Source: Rhodosorus marinus CCMP1338
Taxonomy: Eukaryota > Plantae > Rhodophyta
Length of the DNA: 64,000 nt
NCBI GenBank assembly: GCA_029953675.1
Contig: JAMWBK010000003.1
Coordinates: 310,001 to 374,000, forward strand
Direction: 5' to 3'
The position numbers and the translations under genes are program-made. Shown here piece after piece: positions 12,749 to 23,621 of this stretch. Under the pieces are notes generated by a model. The model was not told where the DNA came from. It searched no databases and saw only the letters and a program-made list of their open reading frames with translations. Within the stretch, counting starts at the first letter, position 1. Every line of letters starts with the position of its first letter.

Positions 12749-14461
12749 ATCGTCGACGGATTTTATTCAAAACGTACCTCTACGAATCCAGAGCCGAAAT
12801 CTCTGCGTCATTCCGGTTCGGTGTCTCCAAACCTCTTCAACAACCCAATCTCAGTGTAGCAACGCGGTCCCGACAAAGCACAATCCTGAACTCGTACAAC
12901 CTCCGCATGCTAGTAAACAACCCTCCTTACGATTTATCAACAACAACGTAATTTCCTTTTTAGTTTCTTTTTATCAAATATTTTAACCCCACTTGACTTC
13001 TGACCAGAGGCCTTACTTTCTTCGATTAATCACCGATCAACGAAATAATGGTCTGGGGGGTCTCCAGTTGTAGTACGTAGTACTACTCGTCACAAAGTCT
13101 TGCGTAGTAACGAGTTTCAGCCAGCGCATTTGGAAGTAGTACATTTGTATCTCTAATTCTCGTACCTCACGAAGCTGAACGAACTCTCTCTGCTCTGTGG
13201 TCTAGTGGGCACTGTGGAGACGCCTGATGGAGTCTCAAAACTACAATTTGAGGGATTTGTGGTCGAGCATAATGGGTTTCTAGTGCGCAAGAGTTGAGGA
13301 GACACCAAAAAGCTTCGTGATTCCTTTCTAATGCGTGCACGTTGGGGATGAGGAAGCTCGGTATTGGGAGGACGAAAACGTATCCGAGGTTTGCTTCTTG
13401 ATTAAACGAGGTGGAGAAGGTAAGGAGCCTACCAGAAACATCCTATACGGCCGTTCCAGCCCTGCCTTAGCTATAGAGGCCCGTACTCTCTGTCTAGCGT
13501 AGTTATCCCCCTCTCAAGGTTGTTGTCCCCAAATAAACCATGATGACTTGAATACAGTTTCGCGAGGAGTTGAGTCTCCCTCGCGATCCAGACACCCTCT
13601 ACGCCTCTCGCTCACTAGCCTTCGCAAGCCCAGAGGATGCTAATTGGTACCTGGCTCTAAATCGCACAATCACGGTCAGCTGAGGCAGTTCAGGATCCTC
13701 AGAATCGCAGGTACGGGTAGCCAAGAGGCGTCAATGAAAAGAAGAAAAATAACTGAACCCTCAGCTTCTTTGTGGGACACAAGGAGTTTTCCATTTCGTC
13801 CCAAACTGTCCCAGATTTTTCTTAGAGTACAAATTCCATTTTCTTCTAAGTTGGCAGTAGATTTCTGGGCTGGAATTCTAGACCATACATACCATGGAAG
13901 GTTGTTTCTCCACTATTGGTTGAGAAAGGACAACTGTCCTTACCCATGATTTTGTGTGGATGAATGCAACCCAATAATTGAGATGTATTTCATCGGGCGA
14001 CCATGATTCTGGACCACCACGAAGCAGAGATATTCAGTTTAGCGCCTAAGCAGTGGATCGAGGGACGACTCATCTGGTGCAACAGTGAGTAGGGTAAAGG
14101 TTCCAGAGGAATTAACCAGGAACTGAAATATTTGACCAAGTCCTCAAAGTATGCTGCACACGTCAACTTTGGAAGACGAACGGGACACGTGTGACTTGTT
14201 TCGGGTCTCGGTTATTAGTTGTGGTCAGTCCAGATTGTTAGTAGGTTGGCTGTTGAACTGCTATGCATGCCCACTGGAGTGGGCAAAAGCTTCTTCAATA
14301 GCTTTCGCTTCCTTCAAGGAGTGGAGCTGTTGGAGCGTAGCGAGTTTTTCTCCAGGTATTTGTTGAACGTGTGTTTTATATACTTCGCGCTTTTCAATAA
14401 CGGCTAATCCTCATCTATTCTACAGTATCTAAAACATGAGACTTTCTCTTGAGAGCGAAAG

Positions 14462-16903
14462 TCATTTCTTGGTCAGATTCGAGCTCCATCTGCTTAAGTT
14501 AGATTGCAATCTGCTTTGGGGGAATCGCTTTCTGCCGGCGACGACCTCTCCAGACGAACGCCTGACATCAAAGGCTCGCCTTACCGCAAGTTCGGATAGC
14601 TGACCAGCAACTTGGACACCAATATCAGATGCGCTGTTACCGAGTTCCGGCAGCAGGGTTCGCAGAGTTTCCTGGGTCATGTTCTTGCTCGAAATTTGCC
14701 TGTTGCTGAGGAACTTGACTATTTCTTTGACGTTCTCTAGCTGAACAATTTCCTGAGGGGCAGGACGAGGTTAAAGCATGTCAGTATTCCCCTTCACGAG
14801 AACCCTGTGACGGACTCTACGATACATACCTCTTTGGAGAGGTCTGGTACAAGGTTTAAGACGTTGACGAACGGCAGCGCTCGAAGCGGTGCCGGAATCC
14901 TTCTCTTAAGTTCCATTGTGGAAGAACGCGCCACCACGTCCAGGGAGGCCGCAATTTCGTCCGCAATAATCGAACGAAGGAACTGTCCGTCTTCAGAGTT
15001 CAGGAACTTGAGGCTTTCGGTCGGATCCATTGCCTCCTCAGACGGAGTGTCAAAGTCAACGAACGCGTCTCCATCGCCGAGGAAGCCAGCTGACGAATCA
15101 AGAAGGACCTGGAGTCGCTTCGCACTAAAGACCCCATCCACGTACACAATATCACGGAAAGCTTTTCGCAGAAGAGGGGTGTCGGTGGACATAACCCTCT
15201 TCGACACATACGGAAAAGCTTCCATGATCATCTTGAACTTGGGATCGCCCGTAAGAGCAATGCCCTCAAGCACTCCTAGGGCTCTGATGACAAGCGCTGC
15301 GTAAGGAGGGATTCTGAACGGAAAGTCGAAAGTGACTTGTGACAGCTCCGATGAAAGTGTCTGAAAGTTTATCGACTTTGCGCCCCCCCCTTCCAGAGCC
15401 TGGTCCAGGATCGCGCCAAGCACGGGCACTACCCGCTTTCGATCAACGTCACCATTCAGGAAATCAAGTTCGATGAAATCCTCAACGACCGCTTCGTAGT
15501 CCCGGTTTCCCAAGTGAATAATGGCAGCGACGAACACATCACTCTGCCCACTTCGAACTTCGCTCATGAGCCCGAAATCCAAAACAACAAGCTCATCCTT
15601 TTCGTTCACCATCAGATTCCCTGGGTGCGGATCGGCGTGGAAAAACCCAGTGTCCAAGAGCTGCGTAAGAAAGCACTGTACGCCGAGCCTGACCTTATCA
15701 TTCAACTTGTCATCCGGTAGCTCAACAAGCTTAATTCCATTAACCCATCCAGTGGTAAGAACCTTCCTTGAAGTCGCTTGGAACTTCACATCCGGTACAG
15801 CTATCCCCGCTACTCGCGACGTAATCTGATCTCGGAATTTCATTCCGTTCTTTCCCTCATTCACGTAATCCAATTCTCTGTAGGTCCCAGCGGCCCACTC
15901 ATCGAAAAGGGGAATGAACTCCGTTTTGGCATTTGAAGTCGCATCCTGAAGAACTTGAGCAGCTCCAAATATCTTCCGCATGACATACATGTCAAGAGAT
16001 ACCTTTCGAAGCATGTCAGGGCGTTGTACTTTCACTGCAACCGCCTCTCCAGTTTCAGCCAACCTAGCTTTGTACACTTGTCCCAAAGAAGCCGCGGCGA
16101 TCGGGTTGGGGGACATATCCTTGAATATCTCGTTCGCAGGACGTCCCAACTCCTCCTCAATCATCAGCATTGCAGTTTCATTGTCGAAAGCCGGTACCTG
16201 ACGGATGGAGGATAATAGTGGCCGTACAAGTTAGAGGGAGACATCTCCATGCTCCTTTCGAATCTTTCAATGCAACAAGAAGTGAGGCTTACATTGTCAC
16301 AAAGCTTTTGTAGCTCTTCCATGACTTCAGGTCCAACGAGATCAGGTCGAACGGACAATCCTTGACCAAGTTTTATGTAGGCCGGTCCGAGCTTACTGAG
16401 AATGTTTCGAAATTCTTCAGCCCGCCTGCGCCGTCTCGCTGAGTCTTCCTTGATCATGTTGGTTTTCGACGCAAGAATGCCGTTCAAGATGTACGGAGTG
16501 AGTAGAGAAGAGACCTGAGCATAGGTAAGGAGTACAACAAAATTTAGAGACGTTTTTCCGAAATGAGATCTAGCCGATTTTGCTAGCTTTTGGGAAGGTA
16601 AGTACATGAGCATACCATGAGAAGCCGCTTCTGAACCTGCAGCGGTCTTCTCGACCAGTACCTTGCGATACCCTCTACATCATAAACCATAGGAAGCTCA
16701 TTCTCGTCCAAAGTAGACTGCGTAATCTCTTCTAGTATATTATCCGCCGCCGTGGTGCTCTCCACCGTGGTCAATTCAGACCTCGGCGGAGGCGCAAGTG
16801 CCGATACAACAGTCAGTCCATTCCGTCGATTCACAGACCGTCCCGTACATTGTCGCGGGTTCCCTATCTGCAGCCGACCGCCGCAAAATCCAAGCCCTTC
16901 CAT
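14462..16903 (-). CDS. ABC1/UbiB atypical kinase (ABC1K), likely plastid-targeted, multi-exon
   Basis: LSKLGPAYIKLGQ, RPDL, PIAAASLGQVYKA, VAVKVQRP, ELDYVNEG, FFHADPHPGN, LDFGLM, FRIPPY. Transit-like N-terminus MEGLGFCGG... Confidence 0.95.
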
Positions 16904-18475
16904 TGCTAGAAAGTTGCCCCTACCAAATCCGAAGCAATCTGACTACCACCCCCAAGCGCTTCGCATTCGTCCTGATGTCTCTCCTCATATCAAAGCCTCC
17001 TCCTGGCCATGTCCACGAAAAGTCGCCAATTGAAAGAAAGCTTACTGCTAGTTCCCGATACTGATCAACTGTGGTAAATTATTTTAAATATACGGAGTAG
17101 TTTTATCCAATAGTACAATTATAAATTCTATTAACAACCAATAATACATATTCTGTATTCCAAGTTTCCGAATCCCAGGTCTTCACGTATGAATCTAGCC
17201 AAATACTTCAAAAGTAGAAATAAGTAACATTGCAACTATGCCCAATTAAAACTGACAACGAACTTTGCTTGACTAATAAAATTACGACGCGTGTCCAAAA
17301 TACCTCGTCCACGTAATTTCCAAGTACCCAATCAGATGATAGCATTAAACCGTTCTCCAATGCAAACTAAGTATCAGGAGTTTATCCCATAATTGAATAC
17401 CACGTGTTGACATACAGATTGTATTGTGGTAGTTTTATAGCCGTGTTTTCTGGGGCCCTGAGCTCAGGGTGAATGAAATCCCAAGTGTTCAAATTGATAG
17501 ATGGATAGATCGTAATTGGTTGGACAGCAGATTGTTTCACAGGTGAGATATTAAATTCCCATGAGCAGTCTATGACGGTTTCCCTTTTGTTTTTCAAAAT
17601 AATTTCATACCCTTCTTTTTCTGCGAAAATTGAAAAACTATTTCTTCATTCATATGATACTGGAGTATTAGTATGGTTTTATGAATAAAACAGGATGTCA
17701 GTGACAGCGGGAGGGTAGCATGGAGAGTACCGTTAAAAGTTTGTTTTGGATGATAAAAATCTAGATATTGACTGAATCGAGTTTCGTTGTCCCATGATGG
17801 GACATGAACTGTTGGCCAGGTCTTTGTCTGGCGAGAGACAAGACATATACCACAATGTGGACGGGCGAGATGCGATCTGCCAACGCCCAAGGATGCAACC
17901 AGGCAACTCGTTCATTATCCACCTTACATCCAGCGCTGTAGTGATTCTTGGAGGTGGGTCTCTTTTCTGCAGTAGCATACCTGACAACGTAATTGACTGC
18001 AACGTGAACGGAACGACCAAATGGCGAAATGATTCGATTCCAGGAGGTGCTACTTGGCGATGGGCGGGAGCTGGCCTTTTAACATATACCCCAAGTCATT
18101 TTTAGTTATGATATAGAACTTTGTATAGCAACCATAGTACACTCATTTCAACACTAGTGCTCGAGCCTTGAACAGCTCATACCACGTGTGTACTGTCAAG
18201 GCCTTCTTGTAGCACTGACGAAGCGAACGCGCAGAGTCCCCGCGGTGGTCTCCTTCTCTCCGCCTCTTGTTGCCTGTTGACATATCCATACGTTTCAAAG
18301 GTTCCACTTCAATGAGAGCAGCTTGAGTTCGTGCGGATCATGCAATGGCCTCTCTGTTAAGAGCTCGACATTCGCATGTCGCACTTAAATATACGGCAAT
18401 TCCCATTATTAGCATTCCATCGAAGTCATGGCACGTTTTCCCCGTTTCCGCAGCTTGCTGCAACGATCTCCTTGT

Positions 18476-19855
18476 TCATGCCAGCTTGAAAGGTTCCATT
18501 GATCGTGACGTGCTCTTGCTAGCAGATTTTCGAAGGTATAAGGCAACGGCCGTAAACGCGAAGACCGCCATCAGGGCGATCATGAACTCCAGCAGAAGGA
18601 CACCATACGATCGCGCCAGCAAAGGCTCGATACCACCTTGTCCTCGCCTGCGCCACTCAGAAGCAAAACCGTATCTCCTTGAGGGCGTGCTCGCCCTGTT
18701 CTGACCGTTGGTGATTAGCTGCTTAGGGAGGGGGATTGCGTTAAGCCTCTCGTTCGCCGTGTGTATCGCCGCGGCCAGGGTGAAGAAACTGGTAGACCAA
18801 TTGGCCAGAACCTCGTTGTAGGTCTCCTGATCTGCGGGATTGAACATTCTAAAGCAGTCATCCCTGGCTGACGAAAAGTCTCCATAAATCTCCCACGTAT
18901 ACGTGTAGGGAACTTTAGCAGAACCGAATGCCCAGTCGCCAGCGGTTCCAAACGCGTTGTAGCCGAAGAGTTTGTACACGTTTCCGATCTGGCAGCTCTC
19001 ACAGTGCTCCTGTGCGACTATTCCGGCAACTTTGCCCATCTTTTCATATTCGTCGCGATCAGGGAGCTCAGGCCGATGGTCCCAAGGGAGCAACATGGCC
19101 TTATCGCCAGAATGAACGCTCACGAAAGCATCGGGTCGGACGGACTCCACTAGAGCCTTCACAGCTCGACTCTCATTTTCTGAGAAGGGCTCTGTGCCGG
19201 GGCGTTCCTCTTCGGCGATAGTAGTAGTATCAGTCTTGCCCCAGAGAAAGCCCCAGTTTCTGTTCAGGTCAACCCCGTTCGAATTTAGCCTCTCGCAATA
19301 CTCGCCCATCTCCGCAAGGCGGCGACTTGATGCACCAAGGACTGGAACCAGGTGAACCTCCGATCTTTGCAGTTCATCTCTCGCCGTCTCTGCGTCAGTA
19401 CCTTCACCATTGCATATGTCTTGCACAACCTTTAAGGCGACTTCCGAAGTAATTAGCTCCCTTCCGTGCTCTCCAAACACAGCTACAATTCGCGTTTTCG
19501 ATTGAAAAGCACTTGAGACCATCTCTCGCAGTCGGTTCTTAACATTATAGCCCAACACCACGACCAAGGGAACCTCACTGTCATCCACACCAGGCACCGC
19601 GGCAGGTTCCAGCCTCATATGGTTACACGTCTCATCCAACTCCCTCAGTTCATCCAAAATCTCATCAGTTTTATGATACACACTCCAGTCCGGTGCTGCG
19701 AAGGTCTCCCTCTCAGCTTTCTCCTGCATCGAACCTTTCAAATCCGCCTTCGCCCCGATCACTGCCTGGGAAACAGACGAGCCCCATACCCGCACTCCAA
19801 GCTCAACCAGCAAAACCACCAACACCGCCCACAGCTTCTTCATTGAAAACCCCAT
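18476..19855 (-). CDS. Zinc carboxypeptidase, peptidase M14, with signal peptide and C-terminal TM (single exon, 459 aa)
   Basis: Zn ligands GEHGRE (HxxE) and SVHSG, substrate motif VDLNRNW, catalytic Glu in YTWEIYG; hydrophobic N- and C-termini. Confidence 0.92.
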   Translation of the reverse strand: MGFSMKKLWAVLVVLLVELGVRVWGSSVSQAVIGAKADLKGSMQEKAERETFAAPDWSVYHKTDEILDELRELDETCNHMRLEPAAVPGVDDSEVPLVVVLGYNVKNRLREMVSSAFQSKTRIVAVFGEHGRELITSEVALKVVQDICNGEGTDAETARDELQRSEVHLVPVLGASSRRLAEMGEYCERLNSNGVDLNRNWGFLWGKTDTTTIAEEERPGTEPFSENESRAVKALVESVRPDAFVSVHSGDKAMLLPWDHRPELPDRDEYEKMGKVAGIVAQEHCESCQIGNVYKLFGYNAFGTAGDWAFGSAKVPYTYTWEIYGDFSSARDDCFRMFNPADQETYNEVLANWSTSFFTLAAAIHTANERLNAIPLPKQLITNGQNRASTPSRRYGFASEWRRRGQGGIEPLLARSYGVLLLEFMIALMAVFAFTAVALYLRKSASKSTSRSMEPFKLA

Positions 19856-20842
19856 TCTACCTTTGTATACTCACATCATTTCACCCATGAAATCCCAATC
19901 CACCATGCCAATTCCAAAGCCCATCCACGCCCTCCTCAACACTCCCCGTTTCAAACCTTTTATGGCATCTTCTCTAAATCCAAAACTGGGTTAGAACGTC
20001 GACGAGTCACACGATGTGAGATGAGATGTGTCCAAATCTCCGATAACCAAATTTTAGCAAATCTACATAGTAGGAAATTTCTCCCGAGAACAGGTATATT
20101 CAAAATTTAGAGTTAAAAAGGGCATAATCTAAGCGTACTATCCGTTGTTAAGAAATTTTGGCTAATTTTTGGATTTGAATAGTGAGGTTCGTGTTTCATG
20201 TCCAGCCTAGGGTGGTGGTTTTGACGATCGTGGGGTTCGCCCTGAGCGTCACTAGTGACCTCGTGGTATGCGTTCTCAGGATGTAACGTAGTAACAAACT
20301 GGATCTGGGGTTGCATGGCCACCTCGCAGTGCTAACAATTAGATCAAATTCAATTGTATAGCCTTCCCCCTGCGCAGTCGCGCTCTCCAGAAGTCTTATG
20401 CTTTACGGGATGGAAATTGATAGTTGTAGCACGCGTTATGGATAATTGGAGCTCGGTTTGGGGATTTCCAGGGTTTTGTTGCCCTGCCCTCACCCGATTT
20501 CGGTGAACCCAAGCAGATGAGACTGGTGCAAAGTCAAACTGTTCTGACAACACATACACACACACACCAACAGTCCAATTCCTCGTGTTCGTCTCTCTAA
20601 CTCGATCAGGCCAAAACTGCGTCCCTCAAGGAACAAAAAAAAAAGCCTTCACAGACACCCATTCACAAACTGAAACCAACTTCCGCGCAACCTTTGCAAG
20701 GCCTCACCTACCGAAAGAACTCCAACCAACCCTGAAACGAACTACCCTGATTGGTTATCTCTACCGATTCCAACCAACCCTGAACAATCAAAATTTCCCC
20801 AAAATAAGCAAATATACCCACACAACTAAACCTTCCAATATT

Positions 20843-21120
20843 AAAATGCGATACAATATCACCCCAAGACACGTGGCATAAAAAGAATCGAACACCAGTG
20901 AGGGAGTGTGTGAGTAATAACTCTTTGTTTATTGAATAATCGATACCTATCCATTTTTAAATGCAATACATTTAATGTTCGCGTCCCCGTGACACGTGGC
21001 ATAGATTGAATGGAACAGTCTGTCACACTCTTTTTTGTGTTGAATAATCGATATCCGATGATATTTAAATGCAATACAAAATATATCAGCGCAGATATGA
21101 CACGTGGCATTAAATGAATG
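20843..21120. repeat. Three-copy ~110-120-bp tandem repeat, each carrying GACACGTGGCAT (G-box)
   Basis: GACACGTGGCAT at 20868, 20991 and 21099, each preceded by TTAAATGC(A/G)ATAC; TGAATAATCGATA shared by two units. Confidence 0.85.
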
Positions 21121-21247
21121 GGACAAGCTGTCCTGAAAAAATGAGCGAATGGGTTTGTTTCTCTATGGTTGTGTGTCTTCACGAAGGGTTGCTTAGGAGT
21201 TTAGCTTGGGGAGGTGGGGCAGGGACGGGTTGGAGTTGGTAGAGAAG

Positions 21248-21270
21248 CGTGTGTGTGTGTGTGTGTGTGG
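21248..21270. repeat. (GT)n microsatellite
   Basis: About 10 GT units directly visible. Confidence 0.9.
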
Positions 21271-21370
21271 ATTGGATGTGGAAGAAGGCTAATGCTTTTC
21301 AAGTTAGAGGTTGTTTTTGGTTGGAACTGGAGCAATTCTTTTTTGGGTTCTGTATGAATTTTGATATACT

Positions 21371-22773
21371 ATGAGGGTTTTTCACGGGAGGATATTTCTC
21401 GGGTTTGTCTATTTATGGCTTGTCCAGGTTTGCTTGAGTGAGATTCCGGTATTTTTTGTACACTATGGACTGTGCTTCCCGCCATTCTCGATTGAGCTGG
21501 CTGCAATGATGGCGAAGGAGGTTTACTACGTCGGGGAGCCTGATTGCGAGCTTACGACCCCGCGTGACACGGTTATCCACCAGAAGGATATTCATTACTA
21601 TTTCGGTCAGGAGGTGCGTCGGTGATCGAAGCAATCAGATTCCCTCCGGAGAAAGTCTGTTTTTCTAAGAAGAGCTCTTTTGCAAATCAGACTAAAGAAG
21701 TAGATCGCTTGTATCCCGCGCCAAATTCTCCGGGACCGGGGAACATGACCAAGGAGCAAAGGTTTTATGAGATAAAGTGCATTCAGCGGTATTTCATGAT
21801 CCGCGATCTCATGATAGAGGAGAAACTGGACAGAATCATGTACCTTGACACTGACATAATGTTATACGTTCAACCTGATGTTCTATTCGAAAAGGTAAGT
21901 ATCTTCAGATCCTAGCCAGTGCGTCGGCCAGTCCACACTTCGTCAGGCTCATGTACGACTATGGACCATTTGAAACTACTCAGATCGTTGCAGAGGCGAA
22001 ATACGTGCCTGACATAGTGCTCTCCAGCGAGATTCATTCGAAAGCACCGGCGTACGTCAGCGTGTGGTCTCTAGATGGGATCACAACGATGTGCAAGTTC
22101 ATTTTGCAGACTTTGAGGAACAATCGTCAGTACTACTTTAACGACATGATCTTGACGAGCATTTACTACCAGAAATACGTCGGATCCAAACTAAGCTTCA
22201 ACGTAAGCCAGAGCTTCCCACACCTTGAGTCCTATTAGCCTTCCGCCACGACCTAACCGTATCCGTTGTCTCCGTCTCCAACAGCTGGATGGTGCTGAAA
22301 CTCCTAGCTCAGTGGCCGTTGTCAGGGATTTACCAAGCCGCGAGTATGGGCTTAATCTGCGGGAATTCCATCTTCCGCTGATATTCGACTGGAAATTTGA
22401 TGGAGAAGAAACGACGTACTTGCTGCTTCCAGAGGAGCCGCATCCGAGGTATCCTGATGTGCCCGTGATAGGAAAGAGGGTTTTCTTCTGCAAGAATATC
22501 CCATTGCTCTACGACCTCCGTACGCAGCAGTTTGCCGCGGTCGGCACGCTGCACATGAGAGGGCCAATGAAAGACAACTGCGAGTTTTACCGCCCTTGGA
22601 TACTAGAGTTGCCTTGCGTCTGCGATGATCTCCTCTGTCTGAAGTGTTTAGGCTTTGCTCAGTTCAGGAAGGAGATGCCTGAAATCGGCAGGCTTTTTGA
22701 GGAGGAATGTACTGCTATGAGCACTGTCATTGAGAAAGAGGACGAGGAGGAGTTCGAATCCGAGCTCTATTAA
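21371..22773 (+). CDS. Secreted/Golgi putative GT-A fold glycosyltransferase-like protein, ~4 exons
   Basis: Signal peptide followed by IPVFFVHYG; later YEIKCIQRYFMIRDLM..IMYLDTDIMLY (DxD after a hydrophobic strand) and TLHMRG. In-frame GT-AG junctions at ~21613/21691, ~21895/21981 and ~22203/22279. Confidence 0.6.
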
Positions 22774-23162
22774 GTGACTCGATCATGACAAAGGGAAGGG
22801 AGGGAGCAGAGGTCGTCAGGACGAGAGGACCTGCGTTTGCACACCTTTTTGATAGCATTCGAGCTGTAAGCCTGCTCTAGTTGGTGGAGGGGAACCTCTG
22901 GGTTGTTGCGGAGTAGTTCTTGCTTTAAGAGTGCGTCAGATGCCGACGTTGGAATCGGAACTGCTCCTGTCCGCTCTGCTACCCTATGTTAGCTCGAAGT
23001 TTTTGGTACTATTGAACATATCACTTTTATCTTCCTCTAGAGTTATTCTTAAATCGTCTCACATATGTTGAGCGCTGTGCCGTGTTAAATGAAGGGCCGG
23101 AAGGCTGTCACTGTACAAGTTTGTCAAACTGTTCCCCTGAAGAGCAAAACACGTTTCGGTTA

Positions 23163-23621
23163 TTATTGACGATGTAGAGTGTACCTCGCCGCTTCCTCCA
23201 TGCTGCTTACTTCCCGGAGCAAAGCATCGTGTCTCTCGAGAATCCGTCTTATCCGAGTGAGAGAATCGTCTACGAAACGTTCGACCTGAATAGAGAGTTC
23301 TCGTCTTCGTTTCAAACTCCTATGGTAAAATTTCACGGGGAAGCGCTGTGGATTAGGACCTCATCACCGTCTGCGATACTGCTAACGATCCCTCCTTTAC
23401 CTTATAGCTGATTCTCGGTTTCTCATCTGTCTTCTAAGCAGAACCATTAGCCTCTCATCCTCCGACATGTTCTTGACTGCGGCCGCAGTTGTGCCTCGCT
23501 GGTCCCTCATCAGCTCACCCTTGAGGTCCTCGGGAATAGGCCGGCGCCTATGCCGAGTCCTCTTCGCCTTCTTCTGCTGGGAAGCCCCACCAATGGAACT
23601 CTGGATCTCTCTTCCATCCAT
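23163..23621 (-). CDS. Small bZIP-like transcription factor (2+ exons; start uncertain)
   Basis: Spliced basic region RRQMRNRESAIR|SLKRRRE followed by a short amphipathic helix; stop at 23163-23165. Confidence 0.65.

Noticed and set aside
13540-13586. ATGATGA followed by an 8-bp hairpin
   Set aside because: No suitably placed D box or guide sequence.
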